NCBI RefSeq assembly: GCF_036321535.1
Contig: NC_087438.1
Location: 12,278,001-12,342,000, forward strand
DNA from: Camelus dromedarius
Lineage: Eukaryota
Length of the DNA stretch: 64,000 nt
Direction: 5' to 3'
A model generated the notes under the pieces. It saw only the letters and a program-made list of their open reading frames with translations. It ran no database searches and was not told where the DNA came from. How positions within the stretch are numbered: the first letter of the stretch is position 1; the number at the start of each line of letters is the position of its first letter. Positions 50,520 through 62,983 of the stretch are shown here, in pieces. Both the position numbers and the translations under genes were made by a program.

Positions 50520-50940
50520 CCTTTATAAGAAAGCACAAACACTTAGTCTGTATACAAGAGCCTCTGCGATCCAACCTCTCTCACCTCTCTGGTCTAATCT
50601 TTTCCTCCCCATCCTGTATTCTGTCCTGACAGACTCACCTGTGTTTTGTCTACAAACCTTTGCAAGTACCTTGTCTTCCACTCACCCTCTTTTTCAGATA
50701 GAGGCATTCTTTAGGTCCCATTTTACCAGCATTTCATTCAGGAAACATCACCTGATGCCCCCGCATCTGGGGTAGGCACCCCTCTGGAGCCTTCTGACAG
50801 CATCTTTTACTCTGAATTGGTTGGTAATTGCATGTGTGCCTTTCTGACTCAACCGTGAGATGTTTCTCTATTCCCAGGACACACAGTCTAGCTGTGAGGA
50901 ACTGCTTCATCAATAAACGTTCATGAATTGAATTAAATTA
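50520..50940 (+). mobile_element. L2 3' fragment
   Basis: cctttgcaagtacc...aggaaacatcacctga...caataaacgttcatgaattgaatt. Confidence 0.55.
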
Positions 50941-51395
50941 AATCATCTCAACCAGACTGAAAAGCATTTGCAAAGGCTCAGTCACTTGAAAGTTGTGCAA
51001 GATGTTTTGGGAACCCCAGTGACAGTGCAGTATGATTGGTGCCCCGAAATCAAAAGGAAAGGTAACTGTAATAATATAGCAGGTGGGAGGGCCCTTGTGG
51101 GCCATGGAGCTGGCTGCACAGGCTACAGTGAGGACCTCGGGTTTAACCTTTTGAGTCATGGAAAGCTTCGAGAATCTGATGAGAGCTATAGAGCCTAACC
51201 CTGAAAAATCCTCATACAAACAAAAAGATCAATAAACAATTTTGCAGTTCACTTCAGGGAGTTTAGAAGCCTGAGGCCCCCAGGTTAAGAATTTTGATCT
51301 TGAAGGAGCTCCTGTAGGAAAGTGTGTCTTGGCAGAAAAGGATGGATTAAATCAGGACAAGGGGCTGCTTTAAAATAAAGTTATTGGAATCTAAC

Positions 51396-52453
51396 TATTG
51401 ACAGGGGAAAAAAAAAAAAGCACAACCTCGAAGTTGAGAATTATGTCTTATTCTGAGGACTTAAGCCCTGGAGGCAGCCTCTCAGATGAGTCTGAGGGAC
51501 TGCTCCAAAGAGGTAAGGGAGGAGCCAGGATATATAGGAGTTTTTGCAACAAAAACCAGGTAGTTGGAACATCAAAAGAGTACTGTTAGTAATCCCACTC
51601 CTGGGCATATATCCAGAAGGAACCCTACTTCAAAAAGACACCTGCACCCCAATGTTCATAGCAGCACTATTTACAATAGCCAAGACATGGAAACAGCCTA
51701 AAGGTCCATCAACAGATGATTGGATAAAGAAGATATGGTATATTTATACAATGGAATACTATTCAGCCCTAAAAAGTGACAACATAATGCCATTTGCAGC
51801 AACATGAATGTCCCTGGAGAATTTCATTCTAAGTGAAGTAAGCCAGAAAGAGAAAGAAAAATATCATACGAGATCACTCATATGTGGAATCTAAAAAAAA
51901 AAAAAGAACATAAATACAAAACAGAAACAGACTCATAGACATAGAATACAAACTTGTGGTTGCCAAGGGGGTGGCGAGTGGGAAGGGACAGACTGGGATT
52001 TCAAAATGTAGAATAGATAAAACAAGATTATACTATATAGCACAGGGAAGTATATACAAGATCTTGTAGCTCACAGCAAAAAAAATGTGACAATGAATAT
52101 ATGTATGTTCATGTATGGCTGAAAAATTGTGCTCTACACTGGAATCTGACACAACATTGTAAAATGACTATAACTCAATAAAAAATGTTAAAAAAATTAC
52201 TGTTAAAGAAAATCAAACATCTCAAGTTAATGAATTTAGTGCTTTTCTCTGTATGGGAAGATGCAGGAGTCTTAGTGAAATAATTCTTTTGCTATGCACC
52301 TTAGCTTTCTAGGGCCAGTGTCCCATTTTTCTCCATCCTGAATCACCGCACAGTGTAGGGGGGTGCAGGAGGGGGGCAGCTGCGGTGGCTGATGGCTTGG
52401 TGGCCACAACATCCTTTGTTCACTCATATGGCAGGCGACGTTTTGCGTATACA
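51396..52453 (-). mobile_element. ERV1-class solo LTR (cetartiodactyl type), split by an L1
   Basis: gcacaacctcgaagttgagaattatg...gaggacttaagccc...ctgagggactgctccaaagaggtaagggaggagccaggatatatagg resumes after the L1 with aaagaaaatcaaacatctcaagttaatgaatttag...catcctttgttcactcatatggcaggcgac. Confidence 0.75.
51589..52190 (+). mobile_element. Young 5'-truncated L1 with TSD
   Basis: ORF2 C-terminus IPLLGIYPEGTLLQKDTCTPMFIAALFTIAKTWKQPK...; TSD aaaagagtactgtta (51574-51588) / aaaaaattactgtta (52191-52205). Confidence 0.92.
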
Positions 52454-52596
52454 CAGCCATCCCGTTCATTTATGTATTGTCTGGCTGCTCTGGAGCTTCA
52501 AGGACAGGGTTGAATAGTTGTGGTAGGAAACTTACAGGCTGGAAAACCTCAGATGATCCTAACTGACTCTTTACAGAAAATACTTGCTGACCCTTG
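52454..52596 (+). mobile_element. MER58A 3' part
   Basis: cagccat...tcatttatgtattgtctggctgct...gttgaatagttg...ctctttacagaaaatacttgctgacccttg. Confidence 0.72.
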
Positions 52597-52687
52597 AATT
52601 AACGTGTCGGAGGAGCATGACCAGGGAGGGAACTGGGGGTATATTTGCACTGGGTTTTCTACATACATTCTACTGTTGGTTTGTTTT

Positions 52688-52755
52688 CCTTTCTTTCTTT
52701 CTTTCCATCTTTCTTTCCTTCCTTCTTTCTTTCCTTCTTTCCTTCTTTCTTTCCT

Positions 52756-52810
<55 letters not shown>

Positions 52811-52900
52811 CTTTCTTTCTTTCTTTCCTTCCTTCCTTCCTTCCTTCCTTCCTTCCTTCCTTCCTTCCTTCCTTCCTTCCTTCCTTCCTTCCTTCCTTTT
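52688..52900. repeat. Compound (TTTC)n-(TTCC)n microsatellite
   Basis: Seen directly; (ttcc)18 at 52825-52896. Confidence 0.97.
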
Positions 52901-53394
52901 CTTAGTTGAATTGCAGGACTGAAGACCTAGGATCCAGCCTTTCTCCACTCTTTCCACAAAGAGGTGGGTGGCAGCTGTCAGACACATTGGGTGAGCCTCC
53001 TCTGGGGCCTTAGGTCAATTATTTAGCAACTCAATGCGTCAATTTCCTCTTTTGTAGTTTAGAATAACAGATGCTCATTTTCCCCAGAGGACTTGTGAAG
53101 GTTAAATGATGTACTGCAGGCCTGGCAGGTAGCTGGTTCCCACAAAATGTTAGTTATGCCCAGTGCTGGCATCTGAAAGAAGTCACGCAGGGTGGCTTTT
53201 GCTCGGCCTAGATCTCCCTATAAAGGACTCCGTTTACAACATAATTCAGCCCACAGCTCACTGCCCGGTGCTGTGTTTGGTTTGAATAAAATCTTGGCTA
53301 ATGATTGGATCAATGAATGATGCATGGTGAGAGCTTTTTATAAATTTCAGAGGATGGAAATGTCTTGTAATGAGTTATCTGAGAATCCCATATA

Positions 53395-53610
53395 ATTTCT
53401 TTTTTTTCTTTAATTTATTGAAGTATAGTCAGTTACAATGTGGCCATTTCTGGAGTACAGCATAATGATTCAGTCATACATATAAACACCTATATTCATT
53501 TTCATATTTTTTTTGTTATATGTTACTACAAGATATTGAATACAGTTCCCTGTGCTATACAGAAGAAATCTGGTTTTTAATTTATTTTATATATAGTAGT
53601 TAATATATAA
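53395..53610 (-). mobile_element. Cetartiodactyl-type L1 3' terminus
   Basis: tttattgaagtatagtcagttacaatgtg...gtacagcataatgattcagtcatacat...tacaagatattgaatacagttccctgtgctatacag. Confidence 0.88.
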
Positions 53611-54154
53611 TTTCATACCTTTCAAAATCCAATGCTTGGAATGTAGGGATCATTAAAACATCAACCATTCTGGAGTAGATCATATTGAGGTGAGAAACAA
53701 ATAATGCAAAGGATAATTAACTTCCAAATCTTAAATAAAGAGGAAACCTTCACTGAAGAGGTGAGGCAGGTATGCGCCGCTGACAAGGAAATTCACTGTT
53801 TTCATTTACCCGACCTCCTGCCCTTTTACGTCCTCCTGCCCCACTTGTCAGCCATAATTCACTTCATTCCCATCAGAAATGTTTAAAGAACCCTTTGTAA
53901 CAAGGCTGCAGTTGTAGACTGGAATACAATTTATCTCTTAAACCCTTCATAGAGACCTTTTGTTTTCTGCCTCCTCCTAGTCTCTCGGCATGGATGTTGA
54001 AACAATTTATGAGATGTGCTTGCATTTCCTCTTTTTTTGTTTCTCTTAGATCCTTTATCCATGGTTCCCAAGCATTTCAACATATTAACTCTTCTTAGAG
54101 GATTTATTTTTGTTTGAACCTTTGGGGTCATTTCATATTAATTTCTCTCTTTCT

Positions 54155-54330
54155 TTTTTATTGTAGTGAGAACAGATAACACGAGATTGAATCTCTTAAA
54201 CTGTTATGTGTGCAGTACAGTATTTCCAACTGTAAGCACAATCTCATCCATCAGATCTCCAGACCTTCATCCTGCATAACGGAGACTGTATTTGTTGAAC
54301 AGCAACTCCCCATTCCTCTTCCCCTTATTA
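54155..54330 (-). mobile_element. L1MA-like 3' fragment
   Basis: gtagtgagaaca...tgcagtacagtatt...cagatctccaga...catcctgcataac...cagcaactccccattcc. Confidence 0.7.
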
Positions 54331-54821
54331 GAACATTTATTTTTAATAACATTAAAATATCGAAAGAATAAATGAGATTGTTTTAGGACAGAAGGTGGAG
54401 GCAAGAGAAAGAAGGTATAAGAGGAGAATTGATTTATTTTTTAAAAGATACACTCCCTCCCCATCTGGATACATTGCATTTAACTGGGGGGCATGGGAAG
54501 CCTCGGCACTCCATACTTGCAGGAAAATACAGGATCTATCAGAATCACAGTGGCAAGAAAGGTCCCAAATTGCCAAGCAAAGACTGAGGCTGGGACAATT
54601 ACAGAAAGAACTGCAGGAACTCCATGGACTGGGCTTCAGTCTGCACGTCCAGTGTCTCTGGGACTCTCACTGCCGCCAGAGCGGTTTTCACTTTTCTCCA
54701 TGAAGAGAAGGTGTAGACCAGCCTGGCTATTTCCTAGTAAGAGTGAAGAGCAGTCTTAACTATTGCCTCCTTTCCAACACATCAGTGTTCGGAGCTACCG
54801 ATCATCTTTGCTTTATCACTG

Positions 54822-54939
54822 GAAAAAAGGAACAGAGGAAGGAAGGAAAGGAGAAAGAGAGAAAGAGAGGAAGAAAGAAAGAAAGAAGGAAGGAAGGAAG
54901 GAAGGAAGGAAGGAAGGAAGGAAAGAAAGAAAGAGAGAG

Positions 54940-54986
<47 letters not shown>

Positions 54987-55075
54987 AAAGAAGGAAAGAA
55001 AGGGAGAAAAGGAAGGAAGGAAAGAAAGAAAGAAAAGGAAGGAAGGAAAGAAAGAAAGAAAAGGAAAAAACAGAA
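54822..55075. repeat. Compound (GGAA)n-(GAAA)n polypurine microsatellite
   Basis: Seen directly. Confidence 0.97.
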
Positions 55076-58000
55076 AGCTAAAATTTTGCCCTTCTATAAA
55101 CAAGTGTGCTTTTCTCACCTTTAAAAAAGATTTCTGAGGCTAAATTAGGACATCTCTATAAAACACTTTGATATTTTGAGAAGAAAAAATGACCCACAAG
55201 TGGGCTTAATCTGGCCTAAAGTGGAATTATTTAAAGTAAAGCCACAGGGTTTAGGATTAATACTTTTTGTTTCTCTTTGGAAACCTGGTTTTTAGAAAGT
55301 GAGTTAACCACTAACTACAGAGTAGGGTTCACTCTGGAGAATATTTAATTTTCTTTGAAGATTTACTTTAAACTCTTTAGGAAACAGAAAAACAGTGAAG
55401 AGTCTAGCCCGGAGTATGACTGTAATGGATGAAAGTGTCTTCCTTCCTTGATCGTTTGTTTTTTGAAGTCATTACCATCATCTGAGAACCTGCGAAGCTA
55501 ACATGATTTGAGTTAGGTTAAGAAATTTAGAAAAAAAAAATTAAGGAATTGAATGGAGCCCGTGGCTCAAGTCTTGGATATGACATGGATAAGAGTATAC
55601 GGTTAAAAAAAAAAAAAAAGTAGGGATAATGCCAGACAGTTACTGATTTTTAATTTTTATTTACCAAGAAAAAAGTTACATTAATGAATTTCAAGAAAGG
55701 ACTTCATTTTATTTATTTATTTTCTCGCTTGTTTCTTCATTTAAAAAAAAAACAAAAACAAAACAACAACCAGCCATGAGGATACATGATCTTTTTTTTC
55801 CCTTCCCTCTTCCTTTTTCCATTTCTGCCCTCACTTCGCCCTGCAGGGGCCTCTTTTTGCAAGTGGATGAAGGGAATGATCTTACTGCCAGGGGAACCAC
55901 AGTGACTCTAGTAGTTGGTGGGAGGGAAAGTCAAGCCTCCTAGAATGAATTTTGCCTGTGAGCTCTGGCGTAGACTAGTGCTCTGTTGAGCTTTGTGACT
56001 AACGTGGGTTGTAGTGCTGAACATAAAGCAGTACTGGCGGAAATAACCCTTGATACCGTGGTCCGTCGATGTTGTCCACCCGGGAATAGCCCAGGACATG
56101 AAGACGCCGCGATGAAATCAAATCCGTTGCGTTAAAATGAGATAACAATAGGAAAGCGAAATAGATGTTCTTCCTCTGACAACTTATAATACGGTTGCCT
56201 TGGTGAGCCTTTCACATTTCTTATTATAGACTAGGATGTTATCTGTCCTGATCTTTGAATGTATGCGGGAGGCACCTGTCTGGTGGTGGCCCCTTGGCTG
56301 TGTGAAGTGATTTTATTCTTAGCTGTGGCATTTCACACAAGTCACCCCCACCCTTTCTTTTGTCTGATGGAAGTACTTGTGGTCTCTGTAGCACAGGTTA
56401 CACGTGGAAGACTCTGTTTTGTTAAGTAGATACAACTAATTTGTTTCCATTTATGAATGGGTTTTTCCTGGAGAGCTGGTAACTTTTTTGTTTGGCATAT
56501 GGCGATTTTTTTCTGTCATTATTCTTTCAGGGAATGTTTTTCTTATGTGTTTTCTCATTTCCTGCAGCTGGGCATGATCTGTCAGTTATTTCAACAATCC
56601 AGTCCCCTCCCCTTCCCATTAGTCAAGAAGAACGGAACAGAGGGGCAGTGGCCAGTCTTCCCTCCCAACAGAATTCCATTTCTCTTCAGTGAGAATCCAT
56701 TTCTCTTCCACTTTTCCACTACTTTTGCCTCTCATTCTGCTGTGTTGAGTCTGGAGCAGACCCAAATTATCTGAAGGGATGGCAGTTTCACTCATTCATC
56801 AATTTCTTCAATAAGCATCTGCTTGTTTTATCATAACTTCAGGACCTACTCTGAAAGCCTGAGTTAATTCTAGAAGACAGACACCTTGTAAAATAAAAAT
56901 TGGACAGAAAAGGAGAGAGATGGGTTGATATGTGTGCAGAGGAAATAAGACAAAAGAGATAGGAGAGAGCTACAGAATTGAAAGAAGAGGAAATTGATGG
57001 AAATGGACAAGAAAAGGAAAAGGTTCAATGTTTTTTAAAAGAACAAAAGAAAGATTAATTCAGAACCAACCAAATAATTCTGCCAAGACCCTGGGGATCA
57101 TACAGACCAATTAGTCTTAGTCTCCAGCTTCCAAGAATTTACAATAACTTCCAAGAATTTACAGATTTAAAATTACAGGAAGACAGAATTGTCTTTGGCT
57201 GTACTTGTGTACTGAGATACACATGAAGAGAACTTTTTAAAAGTAGTTATATTTCGCTTCTTATTAAAGAGCTTCAAGTAAGTGGAATAGCAAAATCTAA
57301 AAGGTTTAAAATGTGTTGCTTATAAATCCCTTTTCTGTCTTGAAGCCCAGGCTGGGGGCTTTGCGACGTCCAGGGCATGGGAGATGGTGCCTGGACTGTG
57401 CTCTGTCCTCTCCAAGCAGAATCAGGACGCTTGCTGCCAGATAGCTGGGAGGGAGAAGGGAGATATTTTCTCCTCTCTTCCAAAGCTGTTAATGTTCTGT
57501 TCTCCAATAAACCATTTTAACAATTGATCTCTGTGTCGATTGGATACTCATTACATCTTACGGAGCAAGACACTTAACCCGGCAGACTCCGTTTACAAAC
57601 GACCTCTTCTCTCCCCTTAATGGACACCCAGCTCTGAACCAGTCGTGAGCCCAGGTCACTGGCCCACAGCCTCCAGCCACAGACACAGGAGATTGAGCAG
57701 GAAAGTGAGAGGGACATGACTCCATGAAGGACTGCAGTGTGCTTTGTCACGTGGAAGGCAAATGCTCACATGTCCCTGAAATACTGAAGGAAGTCAGAGA
57801 AAGGAAGTTTGCCAGCGGGGCGCTTGTGATATTTTTGGCAGCGATGTTCTCACTACCTGCAAGCTGTGTGTTTGTGTCTATTATGATGTTTACTGCAACT
57901 TGAAAAAGAATAGCTACTAAATTAGGATATGATGAACTTCTCAGCTGGAGAGAGAACAGGGTCTAACAGAGAACAACATTTGGGCTTTGAGATACTGTGT

Positions 58001-59809
58001 TCTCTTTGAGGTTACATTTAGATGTTAGGATAAGCAAGGAGAGGGTGGGGGGAACCACTTCCAGAAGACAGAAACAGCTTAGGTGGGACCAGTCCAGGGA
58101 AGAAACATGGAAATGTTTGACGTGAACTCTATTGTTGTTTTGTCTAAAAAGATTAAGGGCTCTAAGCTTTGTCATCACATCCTTCTGTCCTTTTAGTTTG
58201 CTTGGTGAGGTTTTTTTCCCCCCCCTGGAGGTTCTGTTTTATTTCAATGAGCGTTTGGTGGTTCTGGGTGACAGATTTACTATAAAACTGTTTGGGACTT
58301 TGATCACTTTTCAAGAGCAATGGCTCTTTGGCGTTGTCACTGGAAAGGAGTTTGAAAGCTCTGTAAAATCTCTTCTCTCTGCTTTCCAGGGAGAAAGTCA
58401 CACCACAAATTCGATTGTTTTCAGACTTGTCAAGAGTCTCCAGCCAGGCTATTCAAGATAGTTTCGGCCTGGGCTGGGAGGAACAAATGAATATACTCCT
58501 CTGAGGAAAGTGGTTGGGGGGGTCTGGATGGAAGAACCTCCAGGCAACACCCCGCTCCTTGGAAGGATAATTGGCGTGTAGAACGGGGAGCAGAGACTGC
58601 TCTCATGGACGGTCCCCTGTAATTACCCCATCAGGAATGTTCTCAGGACCAAATTGAAGGGGTTGTGGGACTACTGAATGATCGATGTGTGGCCTTTTAT
58701 CCTAAGGAGAATTTTACCGAGGCGGAAGTCCTCTTTCTTCATAGTTTGCTTAGTAAGAGGGTAACAGCCAGAAACAGTGGTTCATTTTTGAATCCACTTT
58801 TTAGGTCTCTCTCTACGCTTGTACCCACATGCACCACGTATAAATGATACTTAATGTGCTACATATGTGTGTGTGTGTTTAATAAAACACAACTCATAGA
58901 AAGGTTGTTTAAAGACCTTAAAAGTACGTGTAGCGTCACTCCAGGATTTGGGAGTGAGAGATGCTTTCTAAAACAAATCACTAATGATAATAAAAGGCAT
59001 TTTATAAAATTAGACCCTTGAAAACTCACTGGAGAGCTACACCCCTATTCCTCACTGGCCCCCACCCCCCTTTTTATTTCTACTTTTTGACAGAGCAGAG
59101 GGATCTGGGATTAGGATAGATTTTTTACCATCCAAACTTTTTATTTTTTTTCTTGCCTATTTGTATGAGAGCGAAAAAGGACTCTTTCTTAAGGAGTTTG
59201 TTCTTCAGGCCCAAAGTCACACATGTGAGCTCGGCTACCGGGCTCCAGGACCTGCCCCTCTGCCTTGGAAACCAGGTGCTGCCTGGTGTTCTCTTGGCCT
59301 TTAGCACAGAACAATAGCCGTCTTCTGCCTCACCGTTTGCCCTCGGGGGCTGAGAAGTTGCTTTACTGGTTGCTCATTTCTGACTAATTCTCCCTGATTA
59401 TCCCCTTCTGAGGTTTTTTATGTTGCCTGTTTTCTGATGTATTTGTTCAGACATATGAGGAAGGGAAAATGCTATTTATTTAAAAGCTTCATAAATAAGT
59501 GGGTAAAGCATTTCATGGGAAATCAATCAACCGCCTCAAATGTAGAAAATTCTTAATGATCCGTGGCAAACTGTGTCCATGAAGAAAGCCCTTTTCTCTT
59601 TCCTGTCCTATAACGGATTAAGAACCATTAAAAGGCACCCAAGGCAGTCTGGTGGGCAAGTAGACTGAAACGGAATCAGAGCCAACAGCATTTGTAAATT
59701 TAATAATTGAACGTTGAAAAATGGAAAATCAAGCATAAAAAGATAGAGGCTTTCTCGCTTTAGTAACGCATTACCCTTCTAATGATTATCGCTTTTATTG
59801 AAAACATCA

Positions 59810-60050
59810 AAAAAAGCAAAGGACAAAGTCATAGAGACAGAAAGGAGACAGCTGATCACTAGGGACTAGGCAGGGAGATGGGGGCAGACGGAACCAGTTC
59901 CGCAAGATGGATGGTGGTGCTGGTTGCACAACAAAGTACATACTTGATGCCACTGCAGTGTGCGCTTACAAATGGCTAAAATGGTACTTTTTATGTATAC
60001 ACATATTTTACTACAATAAATACATGCAAAAAAAGGAAAAAGAAAAAGAG
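59810..60050 (+). mobile_element. L1MB-like 3' end
   Basis: catagagacagaaagga...gatggatggtggtgctggttgcacaaca...tacttgatgccactg...aaatggctaaaatggta. Confidence 0.82.
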
Positions 60051-60924
60051 AAAATGAGTAATGTTAGAATTGGTTACCGTTGAATTAACTAGAATGTTTG
60101 ATGTTTGGTTCTTAGCAGAGAAGAGGCAAGAACCCTCCTAAATGACTGTTGGGCGTATCTCTGCAGAGAGAAATGAGGAAAGCCATTTCAACAGCTTAGC
60201 ATTTATAGGGTACACAACTGGGAGTAAAACACATGTGAAAAATATCATGATAGAAGGCCTTTATTTAAAGTGTGGTTGAAGGCCGCTGACTCACTGGATA
60301 ACTGGAGTATTTGTGGCTTGAGTAATGGTCGAGCCAAGAATCCTGGAGTCAGACTCTTTCTTCCTTGGGGGGAAGGAAAAGGGGTCAAGTAAATTCTATC
60401 CCACTCTATCTTGGATATTTTGTTCAACAATGATTTTGACCAACCCCAAATTCCTCCAAAGAGGGAGGAATGTTCAGTGTTTTTGTAACCTTGATTAACT
60501 GTGGTGTTATTCCAAACAAGGAGGCATACCCATCTGGGGGCAAGAGGTGGAAAGGAAAGAGCTAAATCAGGAGTCTGGTGTTGATCCCAGCCAGATGACG
60601 GATGTCTGACGGATGGGGTCAGTGCCACTTCTGATCTCATCCTAAGCCAAGACACTCTTTAAGCATCTGGGCAAAAATCTGGACTCAAGTGTGAAGCGAT
60701 TTGATTGACTCGACTAAATAACTGAAGAAAGTCAAGTTATTCTGATAACGATATACTTATGATTTATCTTCCTAAGGTGGCATTTATTTACGAGTGTTTT
60801 CTGGTTGGGATAACTAACTTATGAACCAGGTGCTTGGAAGTGCCATGGCTAAGAATTGCTGTTTTCTATGAAGTCCACGGTACTAGGTTAGCAGGAATCT
60901 GGTCATCTTAGGGATGCTGTTGAA

Positions 60925-61170
60925 TGTAGTCGAGCAAAGATCTTCTGGAGCCAGACTTCCTGGCATGAATTCCAGGTCCGCTCTTACAAGATGAGATCTC
61001 AGGCATTTGCCCACGTCTCTGTGCCTTGGAATTGTCATCTCTAAATGGAGGATGATTGCAATAGATCTTACATCATAGGTTATTGTGAAATGTGGTTTGA
61101 AACACGTGAAGTGCTCCGAACAGAGCCTGGCCTGTAGGAATTGGGCTGTAAAAGTTAGTTATTATTACCA
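60925..61170 (+). mobile_element. MIR
   Basis: tctggagccagacttcctgg...tctctgtgcctt...catctctaaatggaggat...cataggttattgtga...gtgaagtgctccgaacagagcctggc. Confidence 0.8.
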
Positions 61171-62466
61171 TTAATCATTGCCTCTTTTGGGGAGGACATG
61201 TCTAAAACAGTAAGCGTGAAAGCTGTTGTGGGGGTTCTGTTGCCTGGGAATTAGAGACCCTTTAGTACCTACATTGGAGAGTTCAAAACTCAACAGCTAT
61301 ATCAAATCATCACATTGTGCACTTTAAATACATTACAATTTTGTTTGTCAGTTACATCTCAATAAAGTGGAGAAAAAGAGAAAAAACCTCCATGGCCGTG
61401 ACACGCATATATTGCTGGAAATAAAATACTGGTTTTAATGAATCATTCCTGCATTTACTCATTTGCTGAGACCCCACAGGCCAGGCATTGGGGATACCAA
61501 GTCAGTTATGACCTGACTTACTGTGATGCTCAGCCTAGTGGCAAAGACACTCACATAAAGAGACTGCCATGCAATATGTAGGTGCAGAGACAGAGATGTT
61601 TTAAAGGTATCACTGAGATGTAACGGTGGGGAAGCTTAGGCGCTGGGGAGAGGGTGGGGAGGAATAGTCAGGGAAAATTCCTGGACGTAATCCCCCTGAA
61701 TACCTGTTGGATCAAATAAAACTCAATTAAAAAAAAATTTGTAAACGTGTCAGCCTGTATCCCTGAAAGATAAGGATTCTCTCTCACTCTCTTATAAACA
61801 AAATACTATTATTACCCCTAAAAGAAATAATAATGATTGCTGGCACCACAGGACCCACAGCATATTACGTCAGTAAAACTCTATCCAGTGTACAACTTTA
61901 CTAGAGCAGGAAGGTAAACCGATGGGTTTTTATAAATACTTGGCGTGAGAAGAAGAATTTTCTGCTTATAACATAGCTTTAAAAACACTCTAACGTTCCC
62001 CCAAGCTTTTAGTAAAAACAGTTTTTTTTTTTTACAGCAATTACAAAAAGATAATCTTACTGAACTGAAATCCTAGACTACATCTGATATCATTTTAGTT
62101 TTCAGTGACCTACTTACGGCATGGCATGATTTACAGTTGAGGTTTATTGCTTTAGCAAAATGATGCTTTGGTCGTTCACTTAAAAAGAAAAAAGTCTTCT
62201 CAGTTTTATTCTCTAGTATGGAATGAAACCTTTAAACAGTCAAAATTGGCTTAAGGTTAAATCATCATTAAAACAGTTTTGTACGTTGGAGCTAAAATAG
62301 ATGTGCTCCTTAATACTGAGGTATATAGAGCTTGCATTTCCCAAAAAGGGAAGGAAACTACATCCCCACAACCGCATGCAGGATGAGTAAATGGCACAGA
62401 CACACACAAAGGCTAATTAAAAGTGGAACATTTAAGAAGCTTTGCATCTCAGGTGTTTTGTTAAAG

Positions 62467-62983
62467 TGTTAGCAGACAGTGAAACCCCTAAATTAGGAGG
62501 CCCACCAAAGTGTGGGTCTTTGACGCAGGCTGTGAAAGATTTGTTCCTAGAGGCAAAATGAAAAGGCTGCTTTTATTTCTCAAAAGAGGAAAAGGAAGGA
62601 AAGTGCTTGAGCAGGGCGAAGGAAAAAAAATTCGCTTGAGCAGGGAAAGGAAACGCTTGAGCCGGGATCCCTCAGACAAGCTGGCTGGTAGAGACAGCTC
62701 CGGACGGGTCAGGCCACGTGGACTTTTACAGGAGGCTTCTGCCATCATGTCCTCCTTCTGGGTGTGGGTGGAGACAATCAGTCCTTGCATGTCTTCTCAG
62801 CCCTTGTGTGGGTTTTTCCAGTTGTTGTCATGGCAATCGTCAACTGTCATGGCATTGGTGGGTGTGTCACTTAGCATGCTAATACATTGCAATGAGCACA
62901 TAATGAGGCTGAAGGTCCACTGGAAGTCAAACTCTCCTCCATCTTGGACTCTGTGGGTTCTAAGCAGTTCTTATTTTGTTTCA
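62467..62983 (-). mobile_element. MER41-like ERV1 LTR
   Basis: gttgtcatggcaatcgtcaactgtcatggcattggtgggtgtgtcacttagcatgctaatacattgcaatgagc...ccatcttgg closely resembles the reverse of the recalled MER41 core. Ends are tgtta...tttca, with a minus-strand AATAAA at ~62571-62576. Confidence 0.75.

Noticed and set aside
52584..55137. FLSF- and RKE-rich ORFs
   Set aside because: Translations of microsatellites.
57808..57826. gccagcggggcgct as a CTCF site
   Set aside because: Spacing does not fit the core consensus.
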